Origin: an uncultured bacterium
GTDB lineage: Bacteria > Bacillota > Clostridia > Oscillospirales > CAG-272
Direction of reading: 5' to 3'
Assembly: GCA_949282345.1 (NCBI GenBank)
Contig: CASDOQ010000053.1
Span: 37,720 to 101,719 of the forward strand
DNA length: 64,000 nt
The notes below the pieces were generated by a model. That model was given only the letters and a program-made list of their open reading frames with translations, was not told where the DNA came from and made no database searches. The translations under genes and the position numbers were made by a program. Below, piece after piece: positions 1-8,602 of the stretch (the stretch's first letter is position 1; each line of letters opens with the position of its first letter).

Positions 1-504
1 GAGAATATGCAGAATATCGCGCACCGCCGCGCCGGTCGGCGAAGTGATCACCCCGACGACCCTCGGATATTGCGGGAGAGGGCGTTTCCTTTCGGGAGAA
101 AACAACCCCTCGGCATTCAATTTTTCTTTCAGTTTTTCGTAAGCCTGCCAGAGCGAGCCGACCCCGTCCGGGCGGAGCGCTGTCACATATAGCTGATAGG
201 AGCCGTCTCGGACAAAAAGCGAGACGTTTCCCTCCGCCGTTACCTTCATGCCGTTTTCGGGACGGAAGGTCAGGTGCGCCGCCGCAGAGCGGAACATCAC
301 CGCCCGCACCGCGCCGCCGTCGTCTTTCAGGGAAAAGTAGAGATGCCCGGAGGAATGCAACTTAAAATTCGAGATCTCCCCGCGTATCGAAACCCGCTGC
401 AGAAGATCGTTTCCGTCCAGCAACGCTTTAATATACTCGTTCAGCGCGGTGACGGTGATCGGCTCCCGCCGCCGCGGTATCAATTCCTCAAAACCGTAAT
501 TCAT
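1..504 (-). CDS. xseA: Exodeoxyribonuclease VII large subunit, N-terminal part (gene continues beyond window start)
   Basis: The frame runs off the 5' edge, so it is not in the ORF track. From ATG 504-502 it reads MNYGFEELIPRRREPITVTALNEYIKALLDGNDLLQRVSIRGEISNFKLHSSGHLYFSLKDDGGAVRAVMF..., a typical ExoVII large-subunit OB-fold N-terminus. ATGA overlap with the upstream stop (501-504). Confidence 0.85.
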   Translation of the reverse strand, partial: MNYGFEELIPRRREPITVTALNEYIKALLDGNDLLQRVSIRGEISNFKLHSSGHLYFSLKDDGGAVRAVMFRSAAAHLTFRPENGMKVTAEGNVSLFVRDGSYQLYVTALRPDGVGSLWQAYEKLKEKLNAEGLFSPERKRPLPQYPRVVGVITSPTGAAVRDILHIL

Positions 505-1457
505 AAAACATCGGTGTGCCTTTTCCGGCAGAGTTCGGCGATCCCCACGGCGTTATCGGTGCTGAGCGCCGGTTCGGCAAATGCAACATCCGAAAAAGCA
601 GAAAGCCGTTCCCGGATCCGAAGATCCGACATCACGCCACCGGCATACAGCACAGGGATCGGGCCTTCGGTCTTTCGGAGAGCTTCCGTGAGCGCCGCAA
701 GCGTTTCAGCAATGAAATCGAGGACATAAGCAGCCGTCAACGCCGCATCCCCGCTTTCTCGGAAAAGTTTTTCCGCCTGATTTTGCAGGCCGGAAAGATT
801 GGCGGTACATCCACGCACGCAAATGCGGGGCCGGGGAACTTTGGCCGTACAGGTTGCGGCAAGCGCTTCGAGCGCCTTCCCACACGGGAACGCAAGGCCG
901 AGCATCACGCCGATGCGGTCAATCACCTGCCCTGCGTGCAGATCGGCACTCCCACCGAGCACCGTTGCCAAAAAACCGCCGGTCCCCTCGGCGTAGGAAG
1001 CCGTCAACACCTCCGTCGTTCCGCCGGAAACATGAAAAGCCCCGAAGCGGCGGGTATAAAAATCCTCCCGCCCGGAGGAAGCGATGGCGGCCGCCAGATG
1101 ACCGCATTGATGCGAGAAACGGTAAAGCGGCACGCCGAGAGCCGCCGCTGCGGTCGAAGCAGCCGCCTCTCCCGCGAGAAAACAGGGCATATAGGATCCC
1201 TCTTGCGCGCGCGGGCGACAGGACACCCCGACGGCAACCGGCCGGCGACCGGAAAGCAGTTTTCCGATCTCCTCGGTCAGTCCGGGCAGATTCTTCACGT
1301 GGGCAAAAACGGCGTCCGACTGCCGGAGGCCGCATTCCCCCTCGCGTACCGGCAAAGGCCGTTTGGCGTTACAGAGGATATTTCCCTCCCCGTCGACCAC
1401 GGCCGCCGAGGTCGTATAATTGCTTGTGTCGATCCCAAGATAGAGTTCAGGTCTCAT
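501..1457 (-). CDS. Kae1/TsaD-family (peptidase M22, ASKHA fold) paralog of unknown function
   Basis: ORF 501-1505. Contains LGIDTSNYTTSAAVV, an HQCGH (HxxxH) metal motif, FHVSGGTTE and YAGGVMSD. Start set at the internal ATG 1457 (MRPELYLGIDTS); ATG 1505 is also possible. Confidence 0.75.
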   Translation of the reverse strand: MRPELYLGIDTSNYTTSAAVVDGEGNILCNAKRPLPVREGECGLRQSDAVFAHVKNLPGLTEEIGKLLSGRRPVAVGVSCRPRAQEGSYMPCFLAGEAAASTAAAALGVPLYRFSHQCGHLAAAIASSGREDFYTRRFGAFHVSGGTTEVLTASYAEGTGGFLATVLGGSADLHAGQVIDRIGVMLGLAFPCGKALEALAATCTAKVPRPRICVRGCTANLSGLQNQAEKLFRESGDAALTAAYVLDFIAETLAALTEALRKTEGPIPVLYAGGVMSDLRIRERLSAFSDVAFAEPALSTDNAVGIAELCRKRHTDVL

Positions 1458-1869
1458 CGGGACGTTCCTGCGCGGCGATTCCGGCAATGGTGTTGAGGAT
1501 CCCATTCACAAATGCGCGAGCGCGCTCGTCATCGTATTTCTTCACCAATTCCACCGACTCGTTCAACGATACGCGGATCGGGATATCGGGTCGGTAAAGC
1601 ATCTCGTATGCCGAGAGTTTGAGTACAGCCAGTGAAACTTTGCTGATCCGGCGAAGGCTCCAGCCCTTTGCGTTTTCGGAAATCAGTGTTTCGATCCGCG
1701 CCTCATTTTCCAGAACGCCGGAAAGGACGGCGCGCACATATTCGTCCTCTTGCACATCCTCCCGGAGTTCCTTTGCCGTTTCGTAAATCTCGTCAGCGGT
1801 TCGCACCTTGTCAAATTCATGCTCAAAGAGCAGAAAAAAAGCCAGTTCTCTTGCCTGATGTCTGTTCAT
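1447..1869 (-). CDS. nusB: Transcription antitermination factor NusB
   Basis: 140 aa. MNRHQARELAFFLLFEHEF... and ...VELVKKYDDERARAFVNGIL match the NusB family pattern and size. Confidence 0.9.
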   Translation of the reverse strand: MNRHQARELAFFLLFEHEFDKVRTADEIYETAKELREDVQEDEYVRAVLSGVLENEARIETLISENAKGWSLRRISKVSLAVLKLSAYEMLYRPDIPIRVSLNESVELVKKYDDERARAFVNGILNTIAGIAAQERPDET

Positions 1870-1955
1870 ACTTTTCGCGGCCGCACGGCCCTTCCTTTAC
1901 CTTTCTGCTTTCCGGCCTTTCGCCGAAATTAGAATAAATATAAATATACGCATAT

Positions 1956-1984
1956 ATTATATCGCGGCCGTCACGGAAAGTCAA
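1956..1984 (-). promoter_or_regulatory. SigA-type promoter for nusB operon
   Basis: The minus strand reads TTGACT-17 nt-TATAAT, about 90 nt upstream of the nusB ATG. Confidence 0.55.
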
Positions 1985-2075
1985 TGAAAAAACGGTATCT
2001 TTTAACTTTTCTCCCCGGTATTCCCCCGGATAAACGAAAGCAGACGAAAAATACTAAACGGGAATGAGGTGAACG

Positions 2076-3083
2076 ATGAAAAACAAGACCGGAAAAATTC
2101 TTCTGCTTCTCTTCTCTACCGTACTCTTTTTGGCCGGAAGCGTATTACCTGCCCGGGCGACCGAGGAAACGGCGGGAGAAAAAAAGAAGCCCATACGTTA
2201 CGTTGAATTCAATATAACGGCCGCTGCACTGTCCGATGCGGCAGAAGCCGACATCGCCTCCCACCGCGGGGAAAAACCGATTGGGTGGGTGGAACTGCTC
2301 GCCTGCCTCGGACAGCAGTACGGGGGCGATTTTTCAAAATATAAAAAAGCTCATCTCACCGCCCTTCTCAAGGAATTACAGGAAAAAACACCCGAGGAAA
2401 CGGTAAAAAACAAAAAACTTTATCGGTATTATCTGGAGGCGTACGGCGCGGTGCTCTCCGGGCTGCTCGGCCCCTACACAAAAGAATGGGAGGAAGAGGG
2501 CGTGACGCACCGGGAGGAATCTTACGGGGTACGCGCATTTTCTCCGATCGCGGCCGGGTATTCCTACTCGCATTACGATGACTTCGGCGCGGCAAGGAGT
2601 TTCGGATACCGGCGTTCCCACCTCGGGCACGATATCCTCGGAAGCGTCGGCACGCCGATCATTGCGACCGAGGGCGGGATCGTGGAAGCCATCGGGTGGA
2701 ACCGATACGGCGGCTGGCGGATCGGCATCCGTTCTCTGGACGGGAAACGCTATTATTACTACGCGCACCTGCGCCGCGGCCACCCCTACGCCGATCTGTA
2801 CGAGGGACAGATTGTCGCCGCCGGTGAGGTCATCGGATACCTCGGCATGACGGGGTACAGCGACCGCGAGGACAGCAACAATATCAACGTCCCCCATCTG
2901 CATTACGGTATAGAGCTGATATTCGACCCGGCGCAAAAGGACGGTACGAACCAGATCTGGATCGATTGTTACGAGCTCATCCGCTTTCTGGACAAGTATC
3001 GGAGCAAGACCTCTCTCCGGGAAGACGGAAAAGAACGGGTCTCCTCTTTCCGATACCTGATCCCCGAAACGCCGGAGCAGTAA
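2076..3083 (+). CDS. M23 (LytM-type) peptidoglycan metalloendopeptidase, secreted
   Basis: Signal peptide, then HLGHDI, GTPIIATEGGIV, YYYAHL, GYLGMTGYS and PHLHYGIEL, i.e. the HxxxD and HxH M23 motifs. Confidence 0.85.
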   Translation: MKNKTGKILLLLFSTVLFLAGSVLPARATEETAGEKKKPIRYVEFNITAAALSDAAEADIASHRGEKPIGWVELLACLGQQYGGDFSKYKKAHLTALLKELQEKTPEETVKNKKLYRYYLEAYGAVLSGLLGPYTKEWEEEGVTHREESYGVRAFSPIAAGYSYSHYDDFGAARSFGYRRSHLGHDILGSVGTPIIATEGGIVEAIGWNRYGGWRIGIRSLDGKRYYYYAHLRRGHPYADLYEGQIVAAGEVIGYLGMTGYSDREDSNNINVPHLHYGIELIFDPAQKDGTNQIWIDCYELIRFLDKYRSKTSLREDGKERVSSFRYLIPETPEQ

Positions 3084-3109
3084 AACGCGTCCGAAAGCCG
3101 AAACGGGAC

Positions 3110-3138
3110 TTGCAAAATACGAAGGTTTCTGTTATACT
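3110..3138 (+). promoter_or_regulatory. SigA-type promoter
   Basis: TTGCAA-17 nt-TATACT, 24 nt upstream of ATG 3162. An AGGAGG RBS lies in between. Confidence 0.55.
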
Positions 3139-3161
3139 GTCCTCGTAGCAGGAGGTATATC

Positions 3162-3641
3162 ATGCAGAAAAAACAAAATAGGGTCTGGGTTTTTCTTGGC
3201 CGCGGTTTCAGCCGGGGCTGTATCATTGCGGTTCTTGTACTGCTCGTCTTTTTCGCTGTGATGAGCCTTTCGGCTTCGGCGGCTGGGATGAGGGATCCGG
3301 CCATGAACTTTTCTTCTCTCCTCACCATTCTCCTTTTCTCTTTCATCATCGCATACGCGCAGGAGATCTTTCTCGCCGTTTCCCTCCCGATCGCGGCGCG
3401 GTGGGGGCTGCATTTTCTCATCATCGGGATCGCATATTTTTTCATTATTCTGAAAAGGCGCAGCGAACTTCTCCCGGAGGAAGGATATCTTATCGGATTC
3501 CTCCTTTACGTTTTCGCATACGCCCTCATTTCCGGCCTCGTGCTTCTCTTCCGCACCCTGCGCCGCCGCAAGACCCACAAGCACGAAAAAGTATCCCCCG
3601 AAAGCGACCCCCCCTATACCAGTATGTTTACCGAAAAATAA
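3162..3641 (+). CDS. Hypothetical polytopic membrane protein
   Basis: 159 aa with about four hydrophobic helices and a basic C-terminal tail. Has its own promoter, RBS and terminator. No family recognised. Confidence 0.55.
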   Translation: MQKKQNRVWVFLGRGFSRGCIIAVLVLLVFFAVMSLSASAAGMRDPAMNFSSLLTILLFSFIIAYAQEIFLAVSLPIAARWGLHFLIIGIAYFFIILKRRSELLPEEGYLIGFLLYVFAYALISGLVLLFRTLRRRKTHKHEKVSPESDPPYTSMFTEK

Positions 3642-3669
3642 AAGAGCCGGACGGCTCTTTTATTTTTTG
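3641..3669. terminator. Bidirectional rho-independent terminator
   Basis: AAAGAGCC-GGAC-GGCTCTTT hairpin flanked by A-run and T-run, between convergent genes. It touches both stop codons. Confidence 0.6.
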
Positions 3670-4343
3670 CAAGACTCATTGACCGCATTCCAATCGATCG
3701 GGGGAGCTCCGTTTTCCTGTAAATATTTGTTTGCAAGAGAAAAGTGATGACAGCCGAAAAATCCCCGATATGCCGAGAGCGGGCTGGGATGTGCCGTTTC
3801 AAGTATCAGATGGCGGGGATTATGGATCAGGGCACGTTTCGACCGTGCGGAAGACCCCCACAGGAGAAAAACGACCGGGGTCTTTTTTTCGTTCAGCGCG
3901 CCGATGACCGCGTCGGTGAATCTCTCCCATCCGTGCCCGGCGTGGCTCATGGGAGCCCCTTCCCGAACCGTCAGCGTGGTATTGAGCAGTAAAACGCCCT
4001 CGCGCGCCCACGGCAAAAGGTTGCCGGTGGGGGGTCTCTGCACCCCTATATCGCTTTCCAGTTCTTTGAATATATTTTCAAGTGACGGCGGCATGGGAAC
4101 GCCGTCCTGAACCGAAAAACAAAGCCCGTGTGCCTGCCCGGCTCCGTGATAGGGATCCTGGCCGAGAATAACGGCCTTCACCGCGCTGAAAGGAGTCTCG
4201 CGCAAAGCCGTAAAGATATGATACATATCCGGGTAGATCCGGCGCGTGGCATATTCGCTTTTCAGAAATTCCCGCAAAGCCTTGTAATACTCCGCGTCAA
4301 ATTCCTTGGCAAGATACTCGTCCCAATCGTTCCCAAGACGCAT
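3660..4343 (-). CDS. ung: Uracil-DNA glycosylase (family 1)
   Basis: Contains ILGQDPYHGAGQAHGLCFSV and AHPSPLSA motifs. Start moved to ATG 4343 (GGGAGGAG RBS, MRLGNDWDEYL) because the ORF-track extension overlaps the divergent promoter at 4381-4408. Confidence 0.9.
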   Translation of the reverse strand: MRLGNDWDEYLAKEFDAEYYKALREFLKSEYATRRIYPDMYHIFTALRETPFSAVKAVILGQDPYHGAGQAHGLCFSVQDGVPMPPSLENIFKELESDIGVQRPPTGNLLPWAREGVLLLNTTLTVREGAPMSHAGHGWERFTDAVIGALNEKKTPVVFLLWGSSARSKRALIHNPRHLILETAHPSPLSAYRGFFGCHHFSLANKYLQENGAPPIDWNAVNESCKK

Positions 4344-4380
4344 AACTCTCCTCCCGCCTGTCCCCGGCCTTCCGGCATCC

Positions 4381-4408
4381 TTGACAAGCAAAAAAATTGA
4401 TGTATAAT
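4381..4408 (+). promoter_or_regulatory. SigA-type promoter for small membrane protein gene
   Basis: TTGACA-16 nt-TATAAT. Confidence 0.55.
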
Positions 4409-4463
4409 AGAGAAAAGAAAACTACCCGCCATTCGACCGACCGGCGGGGCAAGGAGGTGCGGA

Positions 4464-4664
4464 ATGAAAAAACTTCTTCCGTTTATCATCGCTTTTCTGA
4501 TTGTGGTAGCCCTCATCACCGTCGGGCTGATATTGAGCCGTAAGGACGCCCCGCCTGCATCAACCACCCAAACGGCCGGGGCAGTCACGACGGCCCCCGG
4601 GATCGATGCGGGAGGCCCATCCGAAAACGATAACGAAGTCCCCGCCGAGGATATCTTCGACTAA
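4464..4664 (+). CDS. Small membrane-anchored protein with acidic tail (hypothetical)
   Basis: 66 aa. AAGGAGG RBS, one N-terminal TM helix (LLPFIIAFLIVVALITVGLIL), then a Thr/Ala/Pro stretch and an acidic tail. Has its own promoter and terminator. Confidence 0.5.
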   Translation: MKKLLPFIIAFLIVVALITVGLILSRKDAPPASTTQTAGAVTTAPGIDAGGPSENDNEVPAEDIFD

Positions 4665-4683
4665 AAAACGCCGACAGCGCAAA

Positions 4684-4711
4684 CCGACCGGCTTACGCGG
4701 TCGGTTTTTTC
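4684..4711 (+). terminator. Rho-independent terminator
   Basis: CCGACCG-N7-CGGTCGG stem followed by TTTTTTC. Confidence 0.65.
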
Positions 4712-4746
4712 TATTATGCAACTTCCGACGGCTTATCAAAAATCCA

Positions 4747-5577
4747 TCAAAGCGTGCAGACCCAGTACAGAAGCACCAGAGAGCCGAGGGCGATCCGATA
4801 CCACCCGAACGCCTCGAAACTGTGACGACGGACAAAATCCATCAAGAACCGGATGGCGACCAGAGAAACGGCAAACGCGGTCACCAGCCCAATGACAAGG
4901 ATCCCGATTTCGGTCCCGCTGATACCGACCCCGGAAGAAAGGAATTTTGCTCCCTTCAGGAGTGACGCTCCGGCCATGACGGGGAGCGCCATGAAGAAGG
5001 AAAACTCCGCCGCCGTCGTGCGGGAAACGCCGAGCAGGCGCGCCCCGAGGATCGTGGAGCCCGAACGCGAAGTGCCGGGAATCAGAGAAAGCACCTGAAA
5101 GCACCCGATGAGAAGCGCATCGCGAAAACCGAGCTCCGCAATGTCACCGACCGATGCCGGGCGATCCTTTTTGCAACGTTCGATCACGATAAAGGCCACG
5201 CCGTATACGACAAGCGCCGCGGCAACCACGACGAAATTATAAAAATGCTCGTCGAACCAATCGTCGAGCAATACGCCGATCAGAGCCGCCGGCAGACAAC
5301 CGACCAGCACCTTTGCCCAAAGCAGCCAGGTCTGCCGCTTCTCTTCCGCCGTTTTCTTTCCCGAAAACGGATTGAGTTTATGAAAGAAGAGAACGCATAC
5401 GGCAAGGATCGAACCGAGCTGAATGACAACCAGAAAGAATTCTTTGAATTCCGCGCTCGTATTCAGATGAAAAAACCTATCGAAAAGGATCATGTGGCCG
5501 GTACTGCTGACGGGAAGCCATTCGGTAATCCCCTGGATAATCCCGATCAGAAGCGCCTTCAGAAATTCAAGGATCAT
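4747..5577 (-). CDS. uppP: Undecaprenyl-diphosphate phosphatase (BacA/UppP)
   Basis: MILEFLKALLIGIIQGITEWLPVSSTGHMIL signature. Polytopic, 276 aa. Confidence 0.9.
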   Translation of the reverse strand: MILEFLKALLIGIIQGITEWLPVSSTGHMILFDRFFHLNTSAEFKEFFLVVIQLGSILAVCVLFFHKLNPFSGKKTAEEKRQTWLLWAKVLVGCLPAALIGVLLDDWFDEHFYNFVVVAAALVVYGVAFIVIERCKKDRPASVGDIAELGFRDALLIGCFQVLSLIPGTSRSGSTILGARLLGVSRTTAAEFSFFMALPVMAGASLLKGAKFLSSGVGISGTEIGILVIGLVTAFAVSLVAIRFLMDFVRRHSFEAFGWYRIALGSLVLLYWVCTL

Positions 5578-5598
5578 TTTGTTGTTTCCTCCGTAAAG

Positions 5599-5626
5599 TT
5601 ATTGATAAAACCTTATTGATAAAACC
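5599..5626. repeat. Perfect 14-bp tandem direct repeat (TTATTGATAAAACC x2)
   Basis: Copies at 5599-5612 and 5613-5626 are identical. They lie just upstream of the uppP RBS (GGAGGAAACAAC on the minus strand). Confidence 0.9.
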
Positions 5627-5659
5627 AAAAAGCGGGAAATGCCGTTCAACAGGCGGGCT

Positions 5660-6889
5660 TCATTCCGCACTGCGTAAAAGATCGCCGGCCGAAGCGGAAA
5701 ACGGGAGACGGCAGAGAAAGCGCATTTTCGGCCGATTCACGCAGTCAAGTCTCTCCCCCTCCGCGGAAAAGAGTTCCCCGAGAGAAAAGCCCCGGCCGCA
5801 TTTTCCGGGCGTGAGGAGTTCAACCGGCATCCCGGACGTTACTTTATTGTGCTGTAAAAGAAGCGCTTCCCCTGTCGCTTCATTATAAGACAGAACCTCT
5901 GCAAGATATGTCTTTTCCCGCAGATATCCGTCTGCCGCATAGATCTTGGCGTCCTCGTGCGGGGAGGAAAAATAATAGCCCGTATCGTACGGCCGGTGGC
6001 TGACGCTTTCCACTTCTCTTTGCCAGGCGGGATCATACGGCTTTCCGGACAGTGCCGCGTCGATTGCCATACGGTACGCATTACTGAGTACTGCCGTATA
6101 ATAGGCGCTCTTCATCCGACCTTCGATCTTGAAAGAGGTAATGCCCGCATCCAGCAATTCCGGGATGTGTCCGATCATGCAAAGATCCCGGCTGCTCATG
6201 AAGAAGGCTTCTCCGCCCTCTTCATAGACCGGGAGGATCTGCCCCGGCCGTTTTTCCTCTTCGAGTTCCGCCGAAATGCTTCGTACGCGATAATGCCAGC
6301 GGCAGGGCTGGGTACAGGCGCCCCGGCAGGCATCCCGCCCCGAAAGGTAATTGGAAAGCAGGCAGCGGCCGCTGTACGATACGCACATGGATCCGTGCAC
6401 GAAGGCCTCCAGCTCCACCTCTCGGGAAAGCCGGGCGCGTATTTCCTTGATCTGTTTCAGCGAAAGTTCGCGGGAAAGGACCACCCGTCTGGCCCCGAGC
6501 GCGGCATAGGCCTCTGCCGCGGCGGTCGACAGAATGTTTGCCTGGGTGGAAATATGGATCTCGGTATCCGGGAGAAGTCTGCGCGCCGCCGTCAACACCC
6601 CGAGGTCGGCAACGATCAGCCCGTCAGGCGGGCAGGCGCGCAGGGCCGAAAGATACGCGATCAACGCTGGATACTCTTCGTCGCGGGGTTGGGTATTCAC
6701 GGTGATGTAGATCTTCTTTCCAGCCTTTTTGGCATCCCGGACAGCCGAAAAGATCTCTTCCTCCGTGAAATTCCCGGCCGCCGCGCGCATACCGAAGGCA
6801 GGACCGGCAAGATAGACGGCATCCGCACCGAAGCGGAAAGCGGCCATCATTTTTTCGGGAGTCCCGGCGGGGGACAGAAGTTCTGTCAT
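5660..6889 (-). CDS. Peptidase U32 family protein
   Basis: Contains ELLSPAGTPEKMMAAFRFGADAVYLAG and EAFVHGSMCVSYSGRCLLS blocks typical of the U32 family. 409 aa. Confidence 0.85.
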   Translation of the reverse strand: MTELLSPAGTPEKMMAAFRFGADAVYLAGPAFGMRAAAGNFTEEEIFSAVRDAKKAGKKIYITVNTQPRDEEYPALIAYLSALRACPPDGLIVADLGVLTAARRLLPDTEIHISTQANILSTAAAEAYAALGARRVVLSRELSLKQIKEIRARLSREVELEAFVHGSMCVSYSGRCLLSNYLSGRDACRGACTQPCRWHYRVRSISAELEEEKRPGQILPVYEEGGEAFFMSSRDLCMIGHIPELLDAGITSFKIEGRMKSAYYTAVLSNAYRMAIDAALSGKPYDPAWQREVESVSHRPYDTGYYFSSPHEDAKIYAADGYLREKTYLAEVLSYNEATGEALLLQHNKVTSGMPVELLTPGKCGRGFSLGELFSAEGERLDCVNRPKMRFLCRLPFSASAGDLLRSAE

Positions 6890-6996
6890 GGTTCTGCCTT
6901 TCTTTGCGGCCGTACAGGCTTGATTTTTCCGGCGGCACGTGATATACTTTGGTTACGCCTTCCCTTGCCGGGAGAGAAAACACGGAGGTTCAGAAC

Positions 6997-7335
6997 ATGG
7001 AATGTCTTTTCTGCAAGATCATCGCGGGGGAAATCCCCTCCGCAAAGGTATATGAGGACGAGAAGGTCTACGCCTTCCGGGATATCCATCCGCAGGCCCC
7101 TGTTCACGTTCTTGTCGTTCCCAAACAGCACCTTGCTTCCGCAGATGCCGTCACACCCGAAAACAGCGGCACAGCAAGCGCGGTCTTTGAGGCCATCCCG
7201 CGGATCGCAAAGGCGGAGGGGCTGAAAAACGGCTACCGCATCATCACGAACTGCGGCGAGGACGGATGCCAATCGGTGCAGCATATCCACTTTCATCTGC
7301 TTGGCGGCCGCAAATTGCCGGAAAGCATGGGGTGA
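6997..7335 (+). CDS. HIT-family (histidine triad) nucleotide hydrolase/transferase
   Basis: Contains CLFCKIIAGEIPSAKVYEDEKVYAFRDI and HIHFHLLGG. Start at ATG 6997, preceded by a GGAGG RBS. Confidence 0.85.
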   Translation: MECLFCKIIAGEIPSAKVYEDEKVYAFRDIHPQAPVHVLVVPKQHLASADAVTPENSGTASAVFEAIPRIAKAEGLKNGYRIITNCGEDGCQSVQHIHFHLLGGRKLPESMG

Positions 7336-7360
7336 AATCCCTCGCAAACGATTCAAAAAA

Positions 7361-7386
7361 GGACCGCCGATTCCGGCGGTCCTTTT
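7361..7386. terminator. Bidirectional rho-independent terminator
   Basis: GGACCGCCG-ATTC-CGGCGGTCC (9-bp stem) with AAAAAA upstream and TTTT downstream, between convergent HIT and rplS. Confidence 0.7.
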
Positions 7387-7391
7387 CTCGG

Positions 7392-7733
7392 TCAGATCTT
7401 TTCCTTGACCTTTGCATCCTTACCGACTTTGTCGCGCAGGTAATACAGCTTTGCGCGGCGGACTTTGCCGACGCGGACAATGCGGACCTTCTCAACGTTC
7501 GGGGAATGCAACGGGAAAGTCTTTTCAAGACCTACGCCGTAGGAAATTCTGCGGACGGTAAAGGTCTCGGAGATCCCGCCGCCGTGTCTGGCAATGACGG
7601 TCCCCTCAAAGAGCTGGACTCTCTCGCGTGTGCCTTCTTTGATCTTGTTGTAGACGCATACGACGTCACCGATCTTGAACTGAGGCACATCCTGTTTCAA
7701 CTGCTCACTTACAAAAGCCTGGATCTTTTCCAT
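7392..7733 (-). CDS. rplS: 50S ribosomal protein L19
   Basis: [28 protein letters not shown]...RRAKLYYLR, 113 aa. Start at ATG 7733 with a GAAGGAGGAG RBS; the ORF-track extension is rejected. Confidence 0.95.
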   Translation of the reverse strand: MEKIQAFVSEQLKQDVPQFKIGDVVCVYNKIKEGTRERVQLFEGTVIARHGGGISETFTVRRISYGVGLEKTFPLHSPNVEKVRIVRVGKVRRAKLYYLRDKVGKDAKVKEKI

Positions 7734-7822
7734 TCTGGCTCCTCCTTCATATCGAACATTCTTGCGGAGCATCGCAGCGGACTGTTCTCTGATTCCGCCG
7801 GGGAAAGACCCCGACCTTACGT

Positions 7823-7851
7823 ATTTTATCATACCGTTTTTCAAAAATCAA
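7823..7851 (-). promoter_or_regulatory. SigA-type promoter for rplS
   Basis: The minus strand reads TTGATT-17 nt-TAAAAT. This leaves an ~80-nt GC-hairpin leader before the rplS ATG. Confidence 0.5.
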
Positions 7852-7987
7852 CCCTTTTTCCGAATTTTTCTGTTTTCTTCGAAAAAGATTGTAAAAAGAA
7901 AAAAAATATGCTATACTTATTTTGTTCTGCACGATCGTGCAAACGACGCACCTTGCGTGGCGCCGATATCCGGAAAGGAGTACGAAC

Positions 7988-8602
7988 ATGGACGAGCATC
8001 AGCTCAGTTATGAAGAAATAGATCGTGAAATTGCCGAACGGGCAAAAGAAAAACGCCAAAAACGCCCCAACAATGTTTTTGATATTTTTGAAATTCTGGC
8101 CATCACGCTGGTCGTGCTCCTCTTTGTCAATCTTTTTCTCTTCCGGCAATCGGTCGTTTCGGGCCAATCGATGCAAAACACGTTGGAAGATGGGGAACGG
8201 CTGATCATTTCCGGTCTCTTTTACTCCCCGAAGGGCGGGGATATCGTGGTGCTTCAGCTCCCCGATGAGATCACGGAAAGTACGCCCGCTCTCATAAAAA
8301 AAGAAGCCCTCGTCAAGCGCGTGATCGCCACGGAGGGTCAAACGGTAGAGATCCGTCAGGGGATCGTCTTCGTAGACGGTGCCCCGATCACGGAAGATTA
8401 CGTATACCGCGACGGTCCCGACAGCACGCGGACCTATAATATGCCCGCCGTCAGGGTTTCTCCCGGATGCGTTTTCGTGATGGGGGACCACCGCAATAAT
8501 TCCTACGACAGCCGTTATTTCGGCGAGATCAGCACCACCTGCATCGTTGGGAAGGTTTTGTTCCGGATTACGCCGTTTTCACGTTTCGGAGGTGTTGGCT
8601 GA
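7988..8602 (+). CDS. lepB: Signal peptidase I
   Basis: TM anchor followed by GQSMQNTL (catalytic Ser), VKRVIATEG (Lys) and VMGDHRNNSYDSRYFG boxes. Start at ATG 7988 with a GGAAAGGAG RBS. Confidence 0.9.
   Translation: MDEHQLSYEEIDREIAERAKEKRQKRPNNVFDIFEILAITLVVLLFVNLFLFRQSVVSGQSMQNTLEDGERLIISGLFYSPKGGDIVVLQLPDEITESTPALIKKEALVKRVIATEGQTVEIRQGIVFVDGAPITEDYVYRDGPDSTRTYNMPAVRVSPGCVFVMGDHRNNSYDSRYFGEISTTCIVGKVLFRITPFSRFGGVG

Noticed and set aside
5957-7225. 422-aa plus-strand ORF
   Set aside because: It is mostly antisense to the U32 peptidase gene and out of frame with the real HIT gene (6997-7335). It has no motifs.
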